A stretch of DNA of 21,415 nucleotides, taken from contig BTUM01000114.1 of assembly GCA_045863235.1 (NCBI GenBank), forward strand, positions 1-21,415. The letters run 5' to 3'. Within the stretch, counting starts at the first letter, position 1. The number at the start of each line of letters is the position of its first letter. Below the pieces are notes generated by a model. That model saw only the letters and a program-made list of their open reading frames with translations, ran no database searches and had not been told where the DNA came from. The translations under genes and the position numbers were made by a program. Source of the stretch: Candidatus Xenobia bacterium. GTDB lineage: Bacteria; Vulcanimicrobiota; Xenobia; Xenobiales; QWHO01. This document shows, in pieces, positions 15,164 to 21,415 of the stretch.

Positions 15164-16555
15164 GTGCTGGCCGTCTTCGTCCTGCTCTTGACCCTGCCCG
15201 CCCTGGCTCAGGGAAGCGCCGCTCAGGAGAGCGCTCTGACCGGGCTGGGTGCGGCCGTGGCCGCCCTCCTCATCGTCTGGCGCCGTCGCTGCCGGGTCTT
15301 GCCCCAGTACCTCCCGGGCGACCTGCGGGCCGAGCTCAAGCCGGCCCCCGGGCGCAAAGCTCCCCCGCCCTCGCCCCTGACCGAGCGTCCCCCCGTCCCG
15401 GAGGAGACCGCAGTCCGGGAGCCAGAGCCCGCACCCGACCTGGAGTTCGCCCCTGCGCCGGCCCCCCCTGAGGAAGACCTGGTCTTCGAGACCCCGATCA
15501 TCCCCCCCGGGGTGGTGCCGATGGACGTGCCCGTCATCGACCCGGCCAGGCTCGAATCCGACCTGCTCGAGCTGCAGGGTCAGTTCGAGGCCATGGCGGG
15601 CGAGCTGGCCGCCAAGCTGGAGGCTCAATGGCACCGGCTGGTGGAGTTTCTCGAGCAGGCCCGGGCCAACCTCACGGGCGGCGTGCTGCCCGAGGAGCCC
15701 GCCCCGATGGGGCCTGAGAGCCTGGGCCCCGAGCTGGTGACGCACGCCCTGTTGACCGACCCCCCGGCCGAGCTGGATGGCCAGGGCTGGAGCGAGCCCG
15801 GCGAGGGGGGCGTGCGCTCGCGCACCCTGGGCGAGCACGGCGAGTTCCTGGGGCCGCTGGCCAACCCCGAGGCCCCGGCCGGGGCTGAGAATCCTCGTGC
15901 CTTCTATCGCGAGCGCCGAGTCGAGCAGGACGGACTGGCATTCCGCGAGATCACGCGCGGGGTGGTGGCCGGACGCCGCCTGCAAATCCTCGAGTGCGCC
16001 CGTTATCCCGAGCACGGCCTGGATAGCCTGCTGGCCGTGCACCGGGCCCGGGCCGAGGCGGCCGGAGTGCCGGTGGGCTACCGGGTCTTCCTGACCCGCT
16101 CGCACTCCATCCGTCTGTTCGCCACCCTGCCCCAGGTGCATCGCCTGGAGCCTGTTCTGCTCGGTCTGCCGCAGGTGGTGCGGGAACGTCTGGGCGACCT
16201 TCTGATCGCCCCCGACCTGGGCGGGCGGGTCGACTGGGAGGGCCGCTACGCTCAGGACGAGGCCGGCCGGCCGGCCACCCATGCCGTGCTGGTGGGCTCG
16301 GGCATGCTGGCTCTGCGGGCCGATCTTCTGACCGACGGCAACTTGACCCGCACCGCCCTGGGCCACGGGTTGGGCCATTTGCTCGATGCAGGACGCTCGC
16401 AGTCGTCTCCGTGGGGCGAGCCCCCCTTTGTCTCGGCCCGAGCCGCCGCCAACGCCCAGGAGGACTTTGCCGAGACCCACCGCGTGCTGCTCGAGCAGTG
16501 GGACGATCCGGTGCTGGAGAAAGTGCGCCGCCTGAAGGGAGAGCTGTATCCGTGA
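15164..16555 (+). CDS. Membrane-anchored protein with Pro-rich linker and C-terminal degenerate zincin-like (ATLF/MPTase-like) domain
   Basis: Signal peptide, then a TM segment followed by WRRR, then a Pro/Glu-rich linker. C-terminal HGLGH (16364-16378) and FVSARAAANAQEDFAE. Confidence 0.65.
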   Translation: MLAVFVLLLTLPALAQGSAAQESALTGLGAAVAALLIVWRRRCRVLPQYLPGDLRAELKPAPGRKAPPPSPLTERPPVPEETAVREPEPAPDLEFAPAPAPPEEDLVFETPIIPPGVVPMDVPVIDPARLESDLLELQGQFEAMAGELAAKLEAQWHRLVEFLEQARANLTGGVLPEEPAPMGPESLGPELVTHALLTDPPAELDGQGWSEPGEGGVRSRTLGEHGEFLGPLANPEAPAGAENPRAFYRERRVEQDGLAFREITRGVVAGRRLQILECARYPEHGLDSLLAVHRARAEAAGVPVGYRVFLTRSHSIRLFATLPQVHRLEPVLLGLPQVVRERLGDLLIAPDLGGRVDWEGRYAQDEAGRPATHAVLVGSGMLALRADLLTDGNLTRTALGHGLGHLLDAGRSQSSPWGEPPFVSARAAANAQEDFAETHRVLLEQWDDPVLEKVRRLKGELYP

Positions 16556-16887
16556 GCGACTGGTTGGACATCGACCTGGGCGAGCACCGTCTGCGTCTGA
16601 CGGCCGAGGGGGATCTCTTCCTGCCCCCGGCCAGCGATGCTCGCCTTCGCTCCTTCTTGCTCGAGCCGGTCTGCACGGTTAGCCTTGGTGGGAAGGCTGA
16701 GGCTGGCTACTTCTTCGACGAGGTGGAGGGATACCAGGCCGGCTCGCTGCCAGCGCTGCGCCTGCTGCTGGACGAGAAGCTGCCCCAGCTGGGCCTGGCC
16801 GGTCGGGCCGAGCCCGCCCTGCCTCCCCCCGAAGCCGGGCCCGGAGCCTGTGGCGATCTCACCCAGGACATGAGCTTCGGTGGCTGA
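16552..16887 (+). CDS. Hypothetical protein (111 aa)
   Basis: GTG overlaps the upstream TGA, and the end overlaps the next start by 8 nt. Reads MSDWLDIDLGEHRLRL with normal codon usage. Confidence 0.65.
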   Translation: MSDWLDIDLGEHRLRLTAEGDLFLPPASDARLRSFLLEPVCTVSLGGKAEAGYFFDEVEGYQAGSLPALRLLLDEKLPQLGLAGRAEPALPPPEAGPGACGDLTQDMSFGG

Positions 16888-18388
16888 CTTTCTGCTCTGG
16901 GCGGGAGGCAGCTACCTCCTCTTCTCGCTGCTGGCGCCGGGGGCCACCCTGACGCAGGCCAACCGGCTGGTGCTGACCCTGGGCGGGGCCCTGATCGGGC
17001 TGCTGGGGGCCCCTCTGGCCTTGCAGCTGGGTAATCCGGCCCACACCGCCGACCTGATTCCCCGGCTGGTCTCCATCCTGCTGACCTTCGCCCTGCTTTT
17101 GATCCCCGCCCTGGCCGTGCTCGATGGGCCCCAGCGTCCCCGGTTGAGCGCCGCCGACGGCTTTTTGCTGGGCTTTCTGCCCGGCTTTGGCTTTGACGCC
17201 CTGGCCGCCTTCCTGAGGGTTGCAGCCGGTCAGGAGGCGACCTTCAGCTGGCTGCCCCCGGCCACACTGGCCGGTTGGGCTGGTTATGGTTACTGGTGCG
17301 GCCTGATCACCCTGGCCTGGACGGCCGCCTATCGGCTCAGCCAGCTGGAGGGCCACGCCCAGTTCTGGTCGCTGACCGCCCTCCTGTGGGCGACCTTCGA
17401 CCGGTTGGCCGCCAGCGGACCGCCGAGCTGGTTGCTGCCCTACGTCCGGCTGACCTTCGAGGGCCGGCTCTTTCCCTGCGTAACCCTGGTGCTGCTCTTC
17501 TACCTGGCCTATCGCGAGGACCACTGGGTGCGCCGCTCGCCCGGCATGCGCCAACTCGAGAACCTGGCCCAGCTGCGCGTTCCTTCCCTGGGCCAGGCCG
17601 GTGCGGGGGGCTTGCTGGCGCGCGAGCGAGCTCGCGGCCTGCGCCGCCAGCTCTTCCTCGAACGCACCGAGCAACTCGAGCGGGGTCGCACCTCGATGGG
17701 AGAGATCCCGACCGCTTACACCCGCAATCCTTTCTTCCCCGACCCCATCGGCTGGGGCCTGCGCCTTTTATCGCTGGCCATGGCGGCCTTCTTGTTGCTC
17801 GACCCGATCGGCAAGCTTTCCCTGCCCCTGGCTCTGGCTGCCTCGGCTCTGATTCTGGCCCAGTTCCTGCGGGCCACCGCCCTGGACCTGGGAGACGCCA
17901 ACAGCGAGGTGGCCACCCTGGCCCAGGCGGTGGCTCTGAACGGCGGGCTGGCGGCGGCTCTCTTCGCCCTGTGCTTCTCCAGCTTTACGCTGGGATTTCC
18001 CCCCATGACGGCCTTTGGTGCCCTCGAGAAAGGCTTTGGCCCCGGCACCCTGGCCGGCGTGGCCCTGGCCCTGGCGCTGCTGGCTGCCAGCCTGCAAGAC
18101 CCTTCCCGGCGCGAGTGGCAGCTCTTGCTCGAGCCCGGCCAGCGGCGCGTTTCGGCCGTGCACCGGGGTCTGACCGTGCTGTTCACGGTGCTCCTGGCGG
18201 TGGCCGGGGCCTGGCTTTACGGTCCCTGGCAGGCCTCCCTGCAGGGAGTGTTGGCCGGCAAGGGCCAGCCCGGCCTGCTCGTCCACTTCACCGCCGTCCT
18301 CAGCCTGGGCTGCCTGCTGGCCCTGGCCGCCTCCCTGCTCGGGCGGGGCGCGGGCTTGCTGGAGGAAGCCCTGGAGCGTCGGGGCTGA
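16880..18388 (+). CDS. Polytopic membrane protein, N-terminal half resembling a degenerate PrsW-family protein
   Basis: More than 10 hydrophobic segments. LSAADGFLLGFLPGFGFDALAA resembles the PrsW DGxxxGxxxGxGFxxxE helix without the Glu. The CDS itself is solid; the family assignment is tentative. Confidence 0.6.
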   Translation: MADFLLWAGGSYLLFSLLAPGATLTQANRLVLTLGGALIGLLGAPLALQLGNPAHTADLIPRLVSILLTFALLLIPALAVLDGPQRPRLSAADGFLLGFLPGFGFDALAAFLRVAAGQEATFSWLPPATLAGWAGYGYWCGLITLAWTAAYRLSQLEGHAQFWSLTALLWATFDRLAASGPPSWLLPYVRLTFEGRLFPCVTLVLLFYLAYREDHWVRRSPGMRQLENLAQLRVPSLGQAGAGGLLARERARGLRRQLFLERTEQLERGRTSMGEIPTAYTRNPFFPDPIGWGLRLLSLAMAAFLLLDPIGKLSLPLALAASALILAQFLRATALDLGDANSEVATLAQAVALNGGLAAALFALCFSSFTLGFPPMTAFGALEKGFGPGTLAGVALALALLAASLQDPSRREWQLLLEPGQRRVSAVHRGLTVLFTVLLAVAGAWLYGPWQASLQGVLAGKGQPGLLVHFTAVLSLGCLLALAASLLGRGAGLLEEALERRG

Positions 18389-18473
18389 TCAGGACGCCCC
18401 GGGCCATCCTGAGTGGGCCGCCAGCTTCTGAACAAGGTGAACTTCAAGCTCGTGGCGAAAAGACCGGCCGCCC

Positions 18474-19226
18474 ATGCTGAGTTTCCTCCGCGGCAATAAC
18501 GCCGGACGCGACCGCAAGTCGTTTCTCAAGTCTCCCCCCCGCGAGTTCTTCTGTTACTACGGGCCTCCCGAGAACCTGGTGGGCAAGCTAGGCAAGGTGC
18601 AGATGGCTTTCGTCGAGCTGATGCACGGGGGCGGGGACATCGCCAAGACCCTGGCCGGCGAGGTGGATTACCTGATCGCCTACTGCAGTTGCGGCGAGGC
18701 GGTCGGCGACCTGATCCCGAAACTGCCCAAAGAGGCCAACATGGGCCACAACCGCTACGGTTGGGAGAGCTACTACGGCGATCCGGCCAACCCGACCTGG
18801 GCCCGCATCCTGATCGAGCATGCCAACAACCTGCTCAGCAAGGGGGCCGATGGCTTGCTGCTCGACACGGTGGACACGGTGGACATCTTCCCCCAGATCC
18901 ACCAGGGGATGGTGCAGCTGATCCGCAACCTGCGCAAGCGTTTCCCCAATCGGGTGATCATCCTCAATCGGGGGTTCAAGGTGTTCGCCGACGTCCAGGA
19001 CGTGGTGGACGGCGTGATGTTCGAGAGCATGATGCACAAGGACTTCAGCGCCGCTGATCGCGACTGGGTGGAGGGGATGTGCGGCAAGCTCAAAAAGAGC
19101 GGCTTGCCGATCTTCTCGATCAACTATCTCGATTGTTGTGACCCGGAGGAGTGCCGCCAGATGGCCGAAGAATATGGGTTTTACCTGCACATGGCTCCCG
19201 ACCGCAGCCTGATGAACCTGCCGTGA
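18474..19226 (+). CDS. Endo-alpha-1,4-polygalactosaminidase-like glycoside hydrolase (GH114/GH166, PelA-hydrolase/TM1410-like)
   Basis: CYYG, IAYCSCGE, DPANPTW, KGADGLLLDTVD, IILNRGF, DGVMFES, IFSINY. No signal peptide is evident. Confidence 0.85.
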   Translation: MLSFLRGNNAGRDRKSFLKSPPREFFCYYGPPENLVGKLGKVQMAFVELMHGGGDIAKTLAGEVDYLIAYCSCGEAVGDLIPKLPKEANMGHNRYGWESYYGDPANPTWARILIEHANNLLSKGADGLLLDTVDTVDIFPQIHQGMVQLIRNLRKRFPNRVIILNRGFKVFADVQDVVDGVMFESMMHKDFSAADRDWVEGMCGKLKKSGLPIFSINYLDCCDPEECRQMAEEYGFYLHMAPDRSLMNLP

Positions 19227-20620
19227 AGAAGCTCTTGCTCGGTCTTTGCCTGGGCCTGTCGCTCATGGCTCCCCTTCCGGCTCAGGATGCTCGCCAGCAG
19301 AAGTTCCAGGCCGCTGTCGACAGTTACACCCGACAGCTCGAGAAGAGCCCCAACTCGCTCGAGGCCCTGAGAGGGCGCTCGCGGGCCTACCTGGGGCTGG
19401 GTCAGATCGATCTCGCCCTGGCCGACATCCAGCGCGCCCAGGAGATGGCTCCCAAGAATGCTGGCATCCTGGCCGAGCGCTCCGAGGTGCTGTCCAAGAT
19501 CGGGCGCCTGAAGGATGCCCTGGCTGACATCCAGCGGGCCATCGTGCTCGAGCCGCGGGTGGCAGCCCACCACCTGGCCGAGAGCTATCTCTATTCCGAC
19601 CTGCGCGAGTACAAGCACGCCGTGGCCAGCGCCAATCAGGCCCTGGCCCTGCAGCCCGGCTACGCCCTGGCCTTCTGTGCCCGGGCCCTGGCCTCGAGCG
19701 AGCTCTCCGACTTCGGCCAGGCGGTGGCCGACTGCAACCAGGCGCTGGCCCTTCAGCCCGGGCTGCCCACCGCCTACCAGGTGCGAGCCTTTGCCTACAC
19801 GCTCATGGAGAACTATCCCCAGGCCCTCGATGACTACAAGGTGGCGCTTCAGGCCGATCCTGACAACGTGTACATCTACTCCGGGCGCGGCTACACCTAC
19901 GAGAAGATGGCTCAGTGGCAGGACGCTCTGCAGGACTATAACCGGGCTATCCAGCTCGATCCGGGGAGAGGGCTCACCTACGTTTCCCGGGGGGGCGTCT
20001 ACCTGCAGCTGCAAGACTACAATCAAGCCTTCGCCGACTACGACCAGGCCGTCCAGCTTCTGCCCCAGGAGCCCCGGGCCTATTGCGGGCGGGGCTTTGC
20101 CCAGAACGGCCAGGGCCGTTTCGAGGCCGCCCTGGGCGACTTCAACACCGCGGTGGCCCTCGACCCCACGCTGGCCGAGTCTTACTATGGGCGAGGCCTG
20201 GTCTACTTCTCGCACGAGTGGTATGGCGAGGCGCTAAAGGATTACAACAAAGCCCTCGAGCTGAACCCCGAGTACGTGGCCTGCTACGCCTCGCGGGCCC
20301 ACCTCTACGAGGAGACGCGTCGCCCCGAGCTGGCCATGCAAGACTACAACTCGGCCATTGGCTTGAGCCCGAAGGCAGCCGAGCTCTACATCGATCGGGG
20401 CCGTCTCAAGAACGATCAGGGGGATCGAGAGGGGGCTCTGGCCGACATCGCGACCGCTCAAGGACTCGTGCGCTCAGAAACGGTTTCTCGCGAACTGCAG
20501 GCGTTGATCGCGGAGGTAGAGAATCCTGATCAACAGCCGCCTGAGTCAGGCCCGGGGGAGGGCCCAGAAGAGCGCAGCCTTCCCAGGCCGCAATCTCCTG
20601 GCGTTTACGACCGTCGCTGA
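19223..20620 (+). CDS. Exported tetratricopeptide-repeat protein (about 11 TPRs)
   Basis: GTG overlaps the upstream TGA. Signal peptide MKKLLLGLCLGLSLMAPLPA. Eleven consecutive 34-aa units (e.g. AYCGRGFAQNGQGRFEAALGDFNTAVALDP). Confidence 0.92.
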   Translation: MKKLLLGLCLGLSLMAPLPAQDARQQKFQAAVDSYTRQLEKSPNSLEALRGRSRAYLGLGQIDLALADIQRAQEMAPKNAGILAERSEVLSKIGRLKDALADIQRAIVLEPRVAAHHLAESYLYSDLREYKHAVASANQALALQPGYALAFCARALASSELSDFGQAVADCNQALALQPGLPTAYQVRAFAYTLMENYPQALDDYKVALQADPDNVYIYSGRGYTYEKMAQWQDALQDYNRAIQLDPGRGLTYVSRGGVYLQLQDYNQAFADYDQAVQLLPQEPRAYCGRGFAQNGQGRFEAALGDFNTAVALDPTLAESYYGRGLVYFSHEWYGEALKDYNKALELNPEYVACYASRAHLYEETRRPELAMQDYNSAIGLSPKAAELYIDRGRLKNDQGDREGALADIATAQGLVRSETVSRELQALIAEVENPDQQPPESGPGEGPEERSLPRPQSPGVYDRR

Positions 20621-20631
20621 GGTCCCCCCCA

Positions 20632-21099
20632 TTGCGCAGTACAGATCGCATCCAGAGTCCCAAGGGTAAAGAGCGCCGTTCCGACAATGGCGAACGTTCG
20701 GGCCGTGACCGTCGGGTCTTCCACCGAGCCCACCGGGTCCTGCCCGTCTGGTATCGCCACGAAGGCAAGTTTCGCCAGGGTTGTGCCCTGGATCTGAGCA
20801 AGGAAGGGGCCGCCCTGATCACCGAGGTCGAGTTCGACCCGGGGGATCAGTTCGAGTTCACAGTTCAGGTGGAGGTCGACTGGGAGATTCGGGCCACGGC
20901 CACGGTGCTGTGGCGCGAGTCGGCGCCCGACAACATGACTCACATGATCGGGGTCAGCTTTCGCACCGAGCGGCCTGGCGACAAGAGCCTGCTCGGTCCC
21001 TGGATCCATCGTAACACCGAGCGCAAGAAGAAGACGGATGGGCTCGATTCCGGGGAGACGCCCAGGAAGCTCATCGCTCCGCCTCCGGACGAATTCTAA
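20632..21099 (+). CDS. PilZ-domain protein, probable c-di-GMP receptor
   Basis: Intact DRRVFHR (RxxxR) and DLSKEG ([D/N]xSxxG), followed by ATVLWR...IGVSF. The TTG start is uncertain. Confidence 0.85.
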   Translation: MRSTDRIQSPKGKERRSDNGERSGRDRRVFHRAHRVLPVWYRHEGKFRQGCALDLSKEGAALITEVEFDPGDQFEFTVQVEVDWEIRATATVLWRESAPDNMTHMIGVSFRTERPGDKSLLGPWIHRNTERKKKTDGLDSGETPRKLIAPPPDEF

Positions 21100-21137
21100 A
21101 GCGCCGCTCATGGGGGCAACGCGAACGAATCCGCTCA

Positions 21138-21386
21138 ATGGAGGAAATCGCGCCGTTTAAACGGAACCCGCATGACAGCGCAGTGAGCACGACCCGCCTC
21201 GAGCTCGGTGGGAATCTCTCGGTTCGCCTCAAGCAGGCGCGTTCGGACTTTCCCGGGCACACCTGTATCCAGCTCGAGTTCAGCGACGGGTATCTGAGCG
21301 ACCTGGTCCAAGAGCACGGTTGGTCCGAGGACCAGTGCCGGAAGTTGCCCGAGCAGCTCTGTGAGCTTTCGGCAAGCCAACCTTGA
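21138..21386 (+). CDS. Small hypothetical protein
   Basis: 82-aa ORF co-oriented with the upstream genes and with plausible codon usage in its 3' two-thirds. No motif recognised; start uncertain. Confidence 0.35.
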   Translation: MEEIAPFKRNPHDSAVSTTRLELGGNLSVRLKQARSDFPGHTCIQLEFSDGYLSDLVQEHGWSEDQCRKLPEQLCELSASQP

Positions 21387-21415
21387 AAAAAATTCTGAGT
21401 TCGGCAAGGTACTGA

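Noticed and set aside
15230..15295. TM plus WRRR segment resembling a PEP-CTERM/sortase sorting signal
   Set aside because: It lies near the N-terminus and lacks a PEP or LPxTG motif; it is best read as an ordinary stop-transfer anchor.
21383..21415. TTGAAA and A-run at the window end as a promoter
   Set aside because: No convincing -10 at the correct spacing, and the downstream context is outside the window.

Overview
This is a GC-rich bacterial chromosomal window with about 20 genes and no rRNA, tRNA, CRISPR array or recognisable transposase/integrase. The standout is 8869..9888, a group-1 graspetide (microviridin/marinostatin-type) precursor. It has a PFFAQLL leader motif and nine T-x-[K/A]-[Y/F]-P-S-D-x-[E/D]-D cores in Pro/Gly-rich spacers, and no ATP-grasp ligase lies in the window. 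Upstream of it are 11-bp-phased direct repeats, a TATTCT -10 box and a hidden 26-aa in-frame uORF with its own SD. It sits about 2 kb from a REC/degenerate HD-GYP/SARP-BTAD regulator with its histidine kinase, and converges on a NodI/NodJ-like ABC-2 exporter. A second highlight is a signal-peptide uORF ending in RGPP (candidate ribosome-arrest peptide) whose Pro-Pro codons can pair with the SD of a CPA2 antiporter-TerB fusion gene. Others are a lower-GC gene with ten tandem excisionase-like HTH domains next to a 78-bp palindrome, and an operon that may encode two catalytically dead peptidase homologues. PilC/GspF, a pilin, two PilZ proteins and a PelA/GH114-like hydrolase give a c-di-GMP/surface-structure theme. 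All calls come from motif reading by eye; no database searches were run.
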